The notes beneath the pieces are model-generated. The model saw only the letters and a list, made by a program, of their open reading frames with translations, was not told where the DNA came from and ran no database searches. A DNA stretch of 64,000 nucleotides, from the NCBI GenBank assembly GCA_965199495.1, contig CBDASK010000003.1:2048001-2112000 (forward strand). Direction: 5' to 3'. Each line of letters begins with the position of its first letter. Positions within the stretch are counted from its first letter, which is position 1. Shown here piece after piece: positions 51,643 through 61,845 of this stretch. The translations under genes and the position numbers were made by a program. This DNA comes from Abditibacterium sp. GTDB taxonomy: Bacteria > Armatimonadota > Abditibacteriia > Abditibacteriales > Abditibacteriaceae.

Positions 51643-52476
51643 ATGAATCCCGAAGAATACGAGCGAATGCACGCGCTGGAGACTGATTATTGGTGGTTCG
51701 TCGGGCGGCGCAATTTGGTGGCGCAGTTGCTCAAAGCCACGCTTCCCACCATCGAAACCGAGGCGCCGCAGTTGGTGGACATAGGTTGTGGAACGGGTGC
51801 TAATTTGCCGATGTTACGCGAAGCCGTCGGCCCCAAAGGTTCGGTTTTCGGCCTCGATTTTTCGCCTTTAGCGCTGCAATGGGCGCGCACCGAAGGCGGC
51901 ATTGAAAACGGACAAATTCATCTTTCGCAGGGCGACGCGTTGTCGCTGCCATTGCGCGACAACTGCGCCGACATTGTGACGATGTTAGACGTTTTGGAAC
52001 ACCTGAGCGACGACGGCACCGCGCTGCGCGAAGTGCGCCGCATTCTCAAACCGGGCGGCGCGCTAATTTTGTCGGTTCCGGCCTACCAACATTTGTGGAG
52101 CGCGCACGACGAGGCGTTGCACCATTTCCGGCGCTACGAGAAAGCCGGTCTGAATCGCGTTTTGAATCGCGCCGGTTTTCAGGTTTGGCGCCTCTCGTTC
52201 GCGATGTCGGCGATGCCGCCCGTGGCTTGGTTGTGGCGCCGCTTCGTTTTGCCATTCGCCGAACGTCGCCCGCGCGATGCCGCGCGCCATTCGCAGGGCG
52301 CGGTTTTGCCCGCCGTGCCGCCCGCCATCAACCAAATGTTGGTGCGCTATGTCGGCGCCGAAGGGAAAATTATTCCCAAACGCCCGCTGCGTTTCGGCAC
52401 TTCCCTCGTCACTATCGCGTTCGCGCCCAAACACGACCGGCGCAAGGGCGACCGGCGCAAAAGCGGCAACGATTAA
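51643..52476 (+). CDS. Class I SAM-dependent methyltransferase
   Basis: VDIGCGTG, LDVLEHL, LKPGG. Confidence 0.92.
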   Translation: MNPEEYERMHALETDYWWFVGRRNLVAQLLKATLPTIETEAPQLVDIGCGTGANLPMLREAVGPKGSVFGLDFSPLALQWARTEGGIENGQIHLSQGDALSLPLRDNCADIVTMLDVLEHLSDDGTALREVRRILKPGGALILSVPAYQHLWSAHDEALHHFRRYEKAGLNRVLNRAGFQVWRLSFAMSAMPPVAWLWRRFVLPFAERRPRDAARHSQGAVLPAVPPAINQMLVRYVGAEGKIIPKRPLRFGTSLVTIAFAPKHDRRKGDRRKSGND

Positions 52477-52503
52477 CGAAGCGAAAAATTATACTACGGG
52501 GCG

Positions 52504-53004
52504 ATGACACCTTTTCGCGTCGCCTTCATTTTCTGCAAAGCCTTATCGCTAAGCCTGTGGATTAACGCGGTTTTCGGATTGATTGGTTTGATCTTTACGC
52601 TGGTTTTCGCAGGATTGGGATTTCCGACGTTTGGTGTTTTTAGCGGCGTCAGTTGGTTCGCCGACGGGATTTTGGCGTTGATAATAGGAGCCACGGCGTC
52701 CAGCTTGAGCGCGAGTTTGGCCGGACAACCGACGCTCGAAGGCGAAGCAATCGCGGCGCGGCGCGCTCTGGCGCCCGAAGAACAAAATTTGGTGCGCGCC
52801 GGAACTGGATTACTCACGCTAACGTTTGGCCTTTCCGCCTGGATTTCTTATGCACCCGCGCTTTATTCGTATTGGACAATAAGCAAAACTGGCCCCAATT
52901 TCCTGCCATTGATGGCTGGTAATTTAACCTTAATTACCGTCAAAATCGCGCTCGGTTTTCTGCTTGCCTTTGGCGTCGTGTTGCGCCGCAATATCGCGCG
53001 CTGA
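52504..53004 (+). CDS. Hypothetical membrane protein
   Basis: Four hydrophobic segments. Confidence 0.6.
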   Translation: MTPFRVAFIFCKALSLSLWINAVFGLIGLIFTLVFAGLGFPTFGVFSGVSWFADGILALIIGATASSLSASLAGQPTLEGEAIAARRALAPEEQNLVRAGTGLLTLTFGLSAWISYAPALYSYWTISKTGPNFLPLMAGNLTLITVKIALGFLLAFGVVLRRNIAR

Positions 53005-53011
53005 CAAAAAT

Positions 53012-53767
53012 ATGAACATCAACATTTCCAAAGATATTCCCTACAAATCCGGCGAACTTTCGGCGGGCGAACGCGCGCTGTGCAAACTCGATGTTTACGC
53101 GCCCGATGGCGCCGATAATTTGCCGGTTCTGGTGTTTTTTCACGGCGGCGGCCTGACCGAAGGCGACAAAGCCGATGAATGGATCGCGCCTTTAGCGGGC
53201 GCGGGTTTGGTCATCGCTTTGGCCAATTATCGGTTGTATCCCGACCATCAATTCCCAACTTTTGTCGAGGACGCGGCGGCGGCAGTCGCGTGGATGCGCA
53301 TTCATGCGCGCGATTATGGCGGCGGCGACTCGCTGTTTATCGGTGGCCATTCAGCGGGCGGCTATTTGGCGGCGTTGCTGGGAACCGACGCCACTTATTT
53401 GGCCGCGCACGACATGACTTTCCGCGACATCGCTGGAGTTATTGCGCTGAGTGGCCAGATGATCACGCATTTTTCGGTGCGCGCCGAGCGCGGCGCGCCC
53501 GAAACGACGATTCGCGTGGACGAAGCGGCGCCGCTTTATCATGTGAACGGTGAAACGCCGCCGTTTTTGTTGGGATTCGGCGAAAACGACATGGCGATGC
53601 GCCCCGAAGAGAATCGCCTGATGGCGGTGGCTCTACGCAACGCGGGCAACGCCGACGTGAAGTGCATCGAACTCGCGGGGCGCGATCACGATACGATTTC
53701 GCAAATGACGCGCGCCGACGATATTTTGCGCGGCGAAATTTTGGAGTGGATTGGCGCGCATTCCTAA
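53012..53767 (+). CDS. Alpha/beta hydrolase (HSL-like esterase)
   Basis: HGGG and GHSAGG. Confidence 0.92.
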   Translation: MNINISKDIPYKSGELSAGERALCKLDVYAPDGADNLPVLVFFHGGGLTEGDKADEWIAPLAGAGLVIALANYRLYPDHQFPTFVEDAAAAVAWMRIHARDYGGGDSLFIGGHSAGGYLAALLGTDATYLAAHDMTFRDIAGVIALSGQMITHFSVRAERGAPETTIRVDEAAPLYHVNGETPPFLLGFGENDMAMRPEENRLMAVALRNAGNADVKCIELAGRDHDTISQMTRADDILRGEILEWIGAHS

Positions 53768-53871
53768 TTTTAGATAGGATGAACAGAATATGACAGGATA
53801 AATTCAAAATAAAATGTTCGAGTATCAAAACTTTAAATACTCGAATCTATCCCGTCAAATCCTGTCTAAAA
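53768..53871. repeat. Degenerate inverted repeat (GACAGGAT type)
   Basis: TTTTAGATAGGATGAACAGAATATGACAGGATA ... TATCCCGTCAAATCCTGTCTAAAA. Confidence 0.65.
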
Positions 53872-53875
53872 TTAC

Positions 53876-53911
53876 AAAAAAGCGGGCATTGAACTCAATG
53901 CCCGCTTTTTT
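53876..53911. terminator. Bidirectional intrinsic terminator
   Basis: AAAAAAGCGGGCATTGA-AC-TCAATGCCCGCTTTTTT. Confidence 0.85.
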
Positions 53912-53925
53912 AGTCTCCAGCGTTT

Positions 53926-54795
53926 TTAACAAGCGCTGAGGAACTGCGCGCCCGCGATGAAACCAGCTTTTTCGTTGGCTTCCGTGCCATCGAAGTTAGC
54001 GTCTTCCAACTCGATACAAATCGCGCCTTCATATTTGTTCTGGTTGAGAATGCGACAAATTTCGCTCCAATTCGACTGGCCTTGGCCGGGAATCGTGTAA
54101 CGCCACGCCGCCGAGCCGTGGCGCGGGCTTTTCTTGAAAGTGGCGGGTTGTTCCCAGCCGTATTCGTATAAATCCTCGGTCTTAATTTCGCAATCTTTGC
54201 CGTGAACGTGATGAACGCGCGCGACGAATTCGTTCAAGAAACGAATCGGATCGATGCCCATGCGCACCAGATGCGACGGATCGTAATTGATGCCCATGCT
54301 TTTTGACGGCACGGCCTCAAACAGCGCGCGGTAGCTTTCGGGCGTGCAACAGAGCGCGCCCGGCCCCGGCCAACCTTCGATGACGACCTGCGAATTGTGC
54401 GCTTCCAGAATCGGAGCCAGCGCGCTCATACCCTCGACGACATAGCCGAAATTTTCGGCGCGCGGCAGTTTCGGATCGGCGGGCAAAACCACCGCGAAAA
54501 AGTTGTGCGCGCCCGCATCGGCGGCGCGCGCGATGTATTCTCTATTTTTCTCGATGGCCTCGTCGCGCGCCGCTTTATCGGCGCCAAAAAGCGGCTGCCA
54601 CGCGCCCAGATCAATCGAGCCGACACGAAGTCCGGCGTCCTGAACTTTGGCGATGTCGTCGAGGTTGCGGCCCAAATCGAGCGCACCAAAACCGTTGTCG
54701 CGCGCCCAACTGGTGAGCGACGAAATATCTTTTTGCCAGTCGCTGCCTCCGCGACGAAAACCGATGGGGAAATTTCCCGTGCGTGTTGTAAACAT
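53926..54795 (-). CDS. Sugar phosphate isomerase/epimerase (TIM barrel)
   Basis: INYDPSHL, HVHGKD, ICIELED. Confidence 0.88.
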   Translation of the reverse strand: MFTTRTGNFPIGFRRGGSDWQKDISSLTSWARDNGFGALDLGRNLDDIAKVQDAGLRVGSIDLGAWQPLFGADKAARDEAIEKNREYIARAADAGAHNFFAVVLPADPKLPRAENFGYVVEGMSALAPILEAHNSQVVIEGWPGPGALCCTPESYRALFEAVPSKSMGINYDPSHLVRMGIDPIRFLNEFVARVHHVHGKDCEIKTEDLYEYGWEQPATFKKSPRHGSAAWRYTIPGQGQSNWSEICRILNQNKYEGAICIELEDANFDGTEANEKAGFIAGAQFLSAC

Positions 54796-54807
54796 GAACC
54801 CTTTTGT

Positions 54808-55608
54808 TTACCGTAAATCGCCCCTTTCGCGCCGCACTAAATCGCGCACTTTCCCCGCTAATTCTTGTAAATCATGCGCGCGCGTGCCCAACATCGAAAC
54901 CATTAAACCGCCACTTTCCAGCGCGCTGGCGCCCGCGTAAACCAAAGTTTGACTTTCTATTGTTTCCCAAATCGTCTCGATTAAGTTTTCGTTTAGCGTT
55001 GGCCCAAACGCCCAAAAATTGCCGGAATGCGTGCAATTATCCCATGCGCCCAATTGTCTCGGCTCGAAGTTTTGCGGCGCCAAATCGAGCGACGAAGCGA
55101 AAACCGGCGCGCCCGCGCGCGCGATATTCCAGCGACTTCGATAGCGCGCAAAATCCCATTTCTCGCCGCGCCCGATGCGGCCCGCGCACCAAATATCACT
55201 CGCCAAAAACGTCGCTGTCGGCGCTAAATCAACCGTCGTTTGCGCGTTTAAATCGGCGTCGGCGTAAAGCATCAAAGGTTCGGGAAACCATTCCAGACGC
55301 GCGTGTTCGCCGATATTTAAACGCGTTTGCAATGCACACGGATTGTCGCGCGATGGATGAACGCGCGTGAAACCCTGCGTCGTGACTTCGACGCGCGCAT
55401 CGGCGCCCAAATTGAAATCGAATTGGTAACAATCGCCCGCCAACATTCCGGGCGACGCGTCCATAAGACACACGCCCAACGCGCCATGTTCCAGCGCGAA
55501 CGTGCGCGCGATTTTGAGCGGCGCGCTTTGCACCAAACGCGCGGCGCGCGTGCGCCCGTCGCGCGCTTCAAAAACCGCCGTAATGCCCGCGTTATTTACA
55601 AAGTTCAC
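54808..55608 (-). CDS. ureD: Urease accessory protein UreD
   Basis: [30 protein letters not shown]. Confidence 0.9.
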   Translation of the reverse strand: MNFVNNAGITAVFEARDGRTRAARLVQSAPLKIARTFALEHGALGVCLMDASPGMLAGDCYQFDFNLGADARVEVTTQGFTRVHPSRDNPCALQTRLNIGEHARLEWFPEPLMLYADADLNAQTTVDLAPTATFLASDIWCAGRIGRGEKWDFARYRSRWNIARAGAPVFASSLDLAPQNFEPRQLGAWDNCTHSGNFWAFGPTLNENLIETIWETIESQTLVYAGASALESGGLMVSMLGTRAHDLQELAGKVRDLVRRERGDLR

Positions 55609-56297
55609 GACGCCGTGGCTGCATCGAGCGTCCCGATGTTTTCGTCGTGCAACGCGTGTTCGAGCCAGTGCGCGATTTCGCCGACGCCATCGCCGGTTTT
55701 CATGTTGGTTAGCAAAAACGGTTTGTCGCCGCGCATCTTGCGCGAATCGTCGCTCATCACCTGCAAACTGGCGCCGACATAGGGCGCCAGATCGGTTTTG
55801 TTGATAATCAGCAAATCCGATTGGCGAATGCCCGGCCCGCCTTTACGCGGGATTTTTTCGCCCTGCGCCACGTCAATAATATAGATGAAAACGTCGGCCA
55901 ATTCGGGCGAAAACGCCGCCGCCAAGTTGTCGCCGCCGCTTTCGATGAAGACGATTTGCAAATCGGGAAATTTCTCGTTGAGTTCGTCCAAAGCCTCGAA
56001 ATTCATCGAAGCGTCTTCACGAATCGCGGTGTGCGGGCAACCGCCGGTTTCGACGCCGACAATGCGCTCGGCGGGCAAAGCGTCGGCGCGCATCAAAATC
56101 AGCGCATCTTCGCGCGTAAAAATATCGTTGGTAATGGCCGCCAGTGAATATTGGTCGCGCATGGTTTTACAAAGCTGCTCGACCAAAGCGGTCTTGCCCG
56201 ACCCAACCGGGCCGCCGATGCCCACGCGAAGCGGGCCGTCATGAGTGCGCGCGGCGGGACGCTCCCAGCCGCCGTGTCCTTCGGTTCCGATGTGCAT
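55605..56297 (-). CDS. ureG: Urease accessory GTPase UreG
   Basis: [25 protein letters not shown]. Confidence 0.97.
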   Translation of the reverse strand: MHIGTEGHGGWERPAARTHDGPLRVGIGGPVGSGKTALVEQLCKTMRDQYSLAAITNDIFTREDALILMRADALPAERIVGVETGGCPHTAIREDASMNFEALDELNEKFPDLQIVFIESGGDNLAAAFSPELADVFIYIIDVAQGEKIPRKGGPGIRQSDLLIINKTDLAPYVGASLQVMSDDSRKMRGDKPFLLTNMKTGDGVGEIAHWLEHALHDENIGTLDAATAS

Positions 56298-56308
56298 GAT
56301 TTTTTAGA

Positions 56309-56421
56309 GTGACAAGTGGCAAGGGACAAGTGGCAAGGGACAAGTGACAAGAGCAGAAATTCGCAGTTTTTACCTTTCCGTTCGTTTGCGAACCTTGCCA
56401 CTTGCTCCTTGTCACTTGTCC
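56309..56421. repeat. Inverted heptamer arrays (GKGRCAA / TTGYCMC)
   Basis: GTGACAA GTGGCAA GGGACAA GTGGCAA GGGACAA GTGACAA ... CTTGCCA CTTGCTC CTTGTCA CTTGTCC. Confidence 0.85.
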
Positions 56422-56427
56422 CTGCCG

Positions 56428-57123
56428 TTAAGACATAAACAAGCGCGAATACAAACGCGCGTGGCGCATTTGCGCGATTTCGAGTTGCGGCGCGTTGGCG
56501 GCCCAATCGCCCGGCGACTTGCCTTTGTTTTGCAGCCACGCTGCCTCGATTTGCGGCAGCAGTTCGCCGATGATTTGCTGACCTTGAGTTTGGCCGATTC
56601 GCATCGCCCGCGTGGCGTTGTTCACGCAACTGCTGAGATTGGCGAACAAAAAACCCGTCGCGGCTTCATCCAAACGGACGTTTAACTCGCGGCAAACCCA
56701 ACCGTAAATCGTCGGATAGGCGCCGACGCACTCGCCGCTCGTAACAGCCACGGCGAGCGGCTCGAAGTCCATGTTTGGATAAAGTGCGCGCGCCAACTGC
56801 AACAAACGCTTGCCGATTTTGCGCTGTCCATCGCGCGCCTCAAACGCCGCGCGCGCGGCGTGTAATTCGCGGTCTAAACGCCAAATTTGCGCGCTTTCCA
56901 GTTCGTAATTCGCTTTAACCAGCATCGCATCGCACGGCGCCCACACGCCAAAAAGCGCGGTTTCGCAAAACGCGCGCAAATCGTCGGCGCCCGCGATTTT
57001 TTCTTCTTGAACCAAAGTTTCCAGTCCGAAAGAATGAGAAAACGCGCCGATGGGCAATGCGCTGTCGAGCAGTTGCAAATGTTGAAGCCGCATGAAAATG
57101 AACTCGAACCGAGGTTGCGTCAT
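56428..57123 (-). CDS. ureF: Urease accessory protein UreF
   Basis: LLDSALPIGAFSHSFGLE, C-terminal YSRLFMS. Confidence 0.95.
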   Translation of the reverse strand: MTQPRFEFIFMRLQHLQLLDSALPIGAFSHSFGLETLVQEEKIAGADDLRAFCETALFGVWAPCDAMLVKANYELESAQIWRLDRELHAARAAFEARDGQRKIGKRLLQLARALYPNMDFEPLAVAVTSGECVGAYPTIYGWVCRELNVRLDEAATGFLFANLSSCVNNATRAMRIGQTQGQQIIGELLPQIEAAWLQNKGKSPGDWAANAPQLEIAQMRHARLYSRLFMS

Positions 57124-57339
57124 TTCATTTTGCGCGGTTCGCGCGCTTTTGCAAAGAGCGAAATTCGGAGCTTACGCGACGAAATTAACGAATTTAACGC
57201 AGGTGAAACAAGGCGGAAATAATTGAGGCCAAAGATAATGCGGCAAACGCGAGCGAACAAAAGCGAAAATTACATAAATATTATTTTTCGGGAACAATTG
57301 TTTTGGCTTCGGCATTGGGAACACTGGAACTTCTCCAAA

Positions 57340-57999
57340 ATGAAACCATCTCTTTCGTCGTCAAAATTGACGCACCATCTGTTGTTCGCCGTGGCTGCAA
57401 CGGCCCTCGTCGCCGGATGCAACGTCGCGCCCGCCCAAGATGCCACGCCCGACGCGATGGCCCCCGACACAATGGCGGCGGATGCTCCTGCTCAAGCGCC
57501 CGCAACGCCCGCAGTCGGCGATATGGCGCCCGATTTCGAGTTGACATCGCTGAGCGGCGACCAAGTCAAACTTTCCGACACGCTCGCTAAAGGCCCGGTT
57601 GTGTTGGTGATGTTGCGCGGTTATCCGGGCTATCAGTGCCCGTTTTGCACCGCGCAAGTCGGCGGTATGATCAACAAAGCCAAAGCGTTGGCCGACAAGG
57701 GCGCCAACGTTTTGCTGGTGTATCCCGGCCCCGCCAACGGCCTGAAAGATCACGCTTCCGAGTTCGTGCAGGGCAAAGACATTCCCGCCAATTTCGATTT
57801 GCTGCTCGACCCCGATTATACGTTCACCAATCTCTATAATTTGCGTTGGGAAGCCAAAAATGAGACTTCTTATCCTTCGACTTTTGTATTGGATGAAGAT
57901 GGCAAAGTCTTGTTCGCCAAAGTCAGCTACGAGCATGGCGACCGCGCCAAAATGGCCGATGTTTTGGCGGCGTTGCCCGCAAAGACCGAAACCGAATAA
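57340..57999 (+). CDS. Peroxiredoxin-like (AhpC/TSA) lipoprotein
   Basis: Lipobox LVAGC, GDMAPDFEL, CPFC. Confidence 0.85.
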   Translation: MKPSLSSSKLTHHLLFAVAATALVAGCNVAPAQDATPDAMAPDTMAADAPAQAPATPAVGDMAPDFELTSLSGDQVKLSDTLAKGPVVLVMLRGYPGYQCPFCTAQVGGMINKAKALADKGANVLLVYPGPANGLKDHASEFVQGKDIPANFDLLLDPDYTFTNLYNLRWEAKNETSYPSTFVLDEDGKVLFAKVSYEHGDRAKMADVLAALPAKTETE

Positions 58000-58018
58000 G
58001 TTTTTAACCAATCACAAC

Positions 58019-58062
58019 CAAAACGGCTCGCGCTTGAATTGTTCAAGCACGAGCCGTTTTTT
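58019..58062. terminator. Bidirectional terminator
   Basis: AAAACGGCTCG...CGAGCCGTTTT between convergent genes. Confidence 0.75.
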
Positions 58063-58077
58063 ATGCGACCGATACCA

Positions 58078-59166
58078 TCAATCCAAGGCTTCGCGCGTTG
58101 GCGGTTTCGCATCGCGCGGGCTTTGCTGAATCAGGCGTTTGGCTTCGGCGGAAAGCGCTTCGGGGCCGATGGCTTCGGGCGGCTTTCTCATCAACGGAAC
58201 CGCGCCGAAGTAAGGCGCGCTGCCATCAACGGTTTGAATTGTCGCCTTGAAGAAATAGGCGGGCTGAATGTAGCCGCCATCGCCATCGTAGTAGTTGATC
58301 GAAACGTCGTTGAGGCTGATTTTGGCGTCTTTGCCCCACTCGCTGCTCAGCAAACGACTGATTTCGGCTTGCGCCTCGCGCTGACTTTTGACATCGTTCG
58401 CAGCGATGGGCTGAGCCTTGCCGACCTCGCGCCACTTGCGATCTAAGCCGATGACTTCGCCTTTATCGCCGATATGCACCACGATTTTGGAGCCGGTGCC
58501 CAGCACTTTTTGCCCATCCAACAGGCGCCCATAAGTCAGCGTGCGCGATTTGTCTATAACCGGGCCGCCTTTGCCGCTATTGGCTTCCGTCATGCGCATA
58601 CCGCCCGTGTGAATCAGGCGCAAATCGGAGGGATTCGCGGGCATCAGACCGGTTTCTTTGAGATAGGACATCGCCAAGTCCTGAGCTTTTCGAGGATCGG
58701 GCAAGTCGGGTTTTGCCTCGCCGAAATATTTGGCCATGCTGCCCGTATAGCTGAGGTTGCCCGTTTTGCGGTCTTGCATAAAGAACGCCGACGGGTCTTT
58801 GGGATCGGCAAAAGTCAGTTCCTCTGCGCCCTCGCCCATTTTGCCCTGCATACCGCCGGGCAACGTGCGCTGGATAATCCGTTGAAAATCGTCGCCATTG
58901 ACGCGCGGCGTTTCAAGGGCGTAGAAGTTCCACTTGGGCCGCCGAATTTGTGGCCCGCCCGGTTTGATTAAGATCGGTTTATCGCCTGCGGGTAACTGTA
59001 AAATCGTCGGATTTTGCAGGGCCGGGCGCCCGGTGGCTGGTTTGTCCACGACGGGTTTGCGCCCCTGAGCCAGCACTGTCCACGCGCCCGAAAGCGCGAC
59101 CAAAGTTAGCGCGGCGGCCATGTGCGGGCGCCGAATTTTCTTGATGATTCCGAAAATATTGTTCAT
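58078..59166 (-). CDS. Secreted hypothetical protein, partner of the DUF6345-like gene
   Basis: Signal peptide; GGAGG RBS; 18 nt downstream of the upstream gene. Confidence 0.75.
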   Translation of the reverse strand: MNNIFGIIKKIRRPHMAAALTLVALSGAWTVLAQGRKPVVDKPATGRPALQNPTILQLPAGDKPILIKPGGPQIRRPKWNFYALETPRVNGDDFQRIIQRTLPGGMQGKMGEGAEELTFADPKDPSAFFMQDRKTGNLSYTGSMAKYFGEAKPDLPDPRKAQDLAMSYLKETGLMPANPSDLRLIHTGGMRMTEANSGKGGPVIDKSRTLTYGRLLDGQKVLGTGSKIVVHIGDKGEVIGLDRKWREVGKAQPIAANDVKSQREAQAEISRLLSSEWGKDAKISLNDVSINYYDGDGGYIQPAYFFKATIQTVDGSAPYFGAVPLMRKPPEAIGPEALSAEAKRLIQQSPRDAKPPTREALD

Positions 59167-59184
59167 GGTTGACCTCCTGTCTTA

Positions 59185-60003
59185 TTAATACTGCCAGTAA
59201 GTGCGGAGCGAATTGTGGTTGGCGGGTGGGTCGTTGCCGTAACTGCCCAGCGAATCGTTATCGAGGCCCGGATAAAGCACGACGCTGGCAAAGCCGGGAT
59301 AGGGCAAATCGTCGCCGTCCCATACGCGCTCGCTGTTGACGGCGGCAAACCACGCGGGCCACATCGCCTGAGAACCGCGCAGACGTTTGCCGAAATCGTT
59401 GGGAATGCCGTTGTCCGACCAACTCAAAGTGCGATAGCCCAACGCCTGATGCAAACCCTGAAAAATATGTTTGCCCCCGGCATCGCGCAGCCACGGGCTA
59501 TACCAATCGGTCAGTTCGGGCGCCGAGGGCACAACCGAACAACTCTCGAAGATGATGAACTCCAAATCGCCGCCTTTGGCGAGGTCGCCATAACCGGTGG
59601 CATCGCGGAAATCGACATCGGCGGTTTTGTTGTGACAGGCCATTCTAAAGTTGGCGCCGTGCCCCGAAAAGAACGCTAAATCCTGCGAGTCCACGTAAGA
59701 GCTTTTGTTGCCCAAAAAGACGTAGGGTTCGGCCCAGTAATATTGGTCATACTTCCACTTGTGGGCGCCCACGCTTTGCGGACTCTTGAAATTCTTGATG
59801 AAGTTCCACACGTTGCGCTGAAAGCGCGGCTCGGCCTGCGCGACATATCCGCCAATCTGGCGATCATCCGCGTTAGCGGGCGTCGCTGGCGCCAACAAAG
59901 TGCCGCACAAAAAGAGCGCACTTCCCATCGCGCCCACGACTTTTCGCTTGCTTTGGCTAATTTTGAACATACGGTTTACCTCCGGTGTATTGACTTCATT
60001 CAC
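59185..60003 (-). CDS. Secreted DUF6345-like protein (His-Cys dyad pattern)
   Basis: VDSQDLAFFSGHG, DLEFIIFESC, FQGLHQALGY. Confidence 0.7.
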   Translation of the reverse strand: MNEVNTPEVNRMFKISQSKRKVVGAMGSALFLCGTLLAPATPANADDRQIGGYVAQAEPRFQRNVWNFIKNFKSPQSVGAHKWKYDQYYWAEPYVFLGNKSSYVDSQDLAFFSGHGANFRMACHNKTADVDFRDATGYGDLAKGGDLEFIIFESCSVVPSAPELTDWYSPWLRDAGGKHIFQGLHQALGYRTLSWSDNGIPNDFGKRLRGSQAMWPAWFAAVNSERVWDGDDLPYPGFASVVLYPGLDNDSLGSYGNDPPANHNSLRTYWQY

Positions 60004-60244
60004 ACATTTTATACTATTAGATATAAAATATGTGAATAATCTCAGAAAATTGCAAATATTATTCCTTAAAATATATCTTTATATTTGACAATGTCGTTTA
60101 TCCATTGTATTTGAATGCGTTGGGAATAGGGATTGAAACACGACAATTAGAGTTGTCAACATTTAAGTTTCGCGGGCTTGCGAACTCGCGCTGGCGCAGA
60201 ATCCGCTTGAACCACGATTAATCCCAAATAGTGGAAATAAAATC

Positions 60245-61255
60245 ATGGAACAAAACCAACAAATTCATCTCGTCAGCCGCCCGCAGGGCACGCCGACGCC
60301 CGACAATTTCAAGATCGTGGACGCAACGACGACCCAACCCACAGACGGCGAAGTCTTGGTGCGCGCGCTTTATCTCTCGGTTGACCCGTATATGCGGGGC
60401 CGCATGAGCGACCGTAAATCGTATGTCCCGCCATTCCAACTCAACGAAACGATGGGCGGCGCCGTCGTCGGTCAAGTCGTCGAATCGAAGTTCGACGGCC
60501 TACAAAAAGGCGACATCGTGATGGGCCATCTGCTGTGGCAAAAGTTCGCCGTCGCGCCCGGCAAGGAACTATTAAAAGTTGACCCGAATCGCGCGCCGAT
60601 TTCGACCGCGTTGGGCGTTTTGGGCATGACTGGTTTGACGGCCTATTTTGGATTGTTAAAAGTCGCCGCGCCGAAAGAGGGCGAAACCGTCGTCGTTTCG
60701 GGCGCGGCGGGCGCGGTTGGCAGCGTCGTCGGGCAAATCGCGAAAATCAAAGGTTGCCGCATCGTCGGCATCGCGGGCGAAGACGAAAAATGCGCTTATC
60801 TGCGCGACGAATTGGGTTTCGACGCGACGATTAATTACAAGACCGACGACGTGGCTGCATCGCTGGCCAAAGCCTGTCCCGATGGCGTTGATGTATATTT
60901 CGACAACGTCGGCGGCGAAATCTCGGATGCGGTTTTGCGTCTCATCAATCACGGCGCGCGCATTTCGGTGTGCGGCCAAATCTCGATGTATAATATGGAA
61001 AAGCCCGACGAAGGCCCGCGCCCGCAACCGCTTTTGCTGACCAACAGCGCGAAGATGCAAGGCTTCATCGTCGGCGATTTTAGCGCCGATTTTGCCGAAG
61101 GACGCGAACAATTGACGCAGTGGTTTAGCGCGGGCAAATTGAAATATGCCGAAAATATCGTCGAAGGTTTCGAGAACACTCCCGATGCGTTTTTGGGTTT
61201 GTTCGAGGGCGAAAATACCGGCAAACAGTTGGTCAAAGTCGGCGAAATGGAGTAG
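60245..61255 (+). CDS. NADP-dependent oxidoreductase (CurA/YncB type)
   Basis: LSVDPYMRGRM, SGAAGAVGS, YFDNVGG, NTGKQLV. Confidence 0.95.
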   Translation: MEQNQQIHLVSRPQGTPTPDNFKIVDATTTQPTDGEVLVRALYLSVDPYMRGRMSDRKSYVPPFQLNETMGGAVVGQVVESKFDGLQKGDIVMGHLLWQKFAVAPGKELLKVDPNRAPISTALGVLGMTGLTAYFGLLKVAAPKEGETVVVSGAAGAVGSVVGQIAKIKGCRIVGIAGEDEKCAYLRDELGFDATINYKTDDVAASLAKACPDGVDVYFDNVGGEISDAVLRLINHGARISVCGQISMYNMEKPDEGPRPQPLLLTNSAKMQGFIVGDFSADFAEGREQLTQWFSAGKLKYAENIVEGFENTPDAFLGLFEGENTGKQLVKVGEME

Positions 61256-61268
61256 AAACTATTTGATG

Positions 61269-61307
61269 AAAAAGCGCCCCGCAATTTTATGTTGTGGGGC
61301 GCTTTTT
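61269..61307. terminator. Bidirectional terminator
   Basis: AAAAAGCGCCCCGCAA-loop-TTGTGGGGCGCTTTTT. Confidence 0.8.
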
Positions 61308-61334
61308 ATGTTTACAATAATAATTGCGGAGTGA

Positions 61335-61811
61335 CTAATTTGGACTATCGCGACGATATTGTTCTTCGCTGACCTCGTCATCCTCCAACGAACGGAGCGC
61401 CACCCAGTAAATTTCCATAAGTTTCAAACGCACTTCGGTATTGTTTCTCTTTTCGCCTTTGACATCTGTGTGCGCACGATTGCCTTCTGGAGTTTCGGGG
61501 CAGCACTGAATCGGCGTGTGTTCCACTCTTTGAAGTGGCACACGACGCGTTGGCCCAACCCTCAATCCCACAATGATGTTATCCGCAGGAACTTTGGCTT
61601 TCTGCAATGATTGATGAGCCGTCGAGTAGCGGTTCCAATCCGTGGACATTCCATCGTTGGGAGATAAGGGCTGACCTTCAGGAGGGCGGTTTCTAAAAGC
61701 TGCGGCCTTAGGTTTCCCGTTCTCCTGAAAACCTTTGTGAACACGATAATAAAGAACGGCATCGTCTGGTATTCCCTCTACTGGCCAATCTGCATCGCTT
61801 GATGATGACAT
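61335..61811 (-). CDS. Hypothetical protein, possible ADP-ribosyltransferase/RES-like fold
   Basis: LYYR, GMSTDW, VEHTP...NRAH pattern. Confidence 0.6.
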   Translation of the reverse strand: MSSSSDADWPVEGIPDDAVLYYRVHKGFQENGKPKAAAFRNRPPEGQPLSPNDGMSTDWNRYSTAHQSLQKAKVPADNIIVGLRVGPTRRVPLQRVEHTPIQCCPETPEGNRAHTDVKGEKRNNTEVRLKLMEIYWVALRSLEDDEVSEEQYRRDSPN

Positions 61812-61845
61812 AATGTTTTCGGATAGTGGCTCAACTCAACATAAA

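Noticed and set aside
56309..56421. Heptamer arrays as a CRISPR array
   Set aside because: Units are contiguous 7-mers without unique spacers
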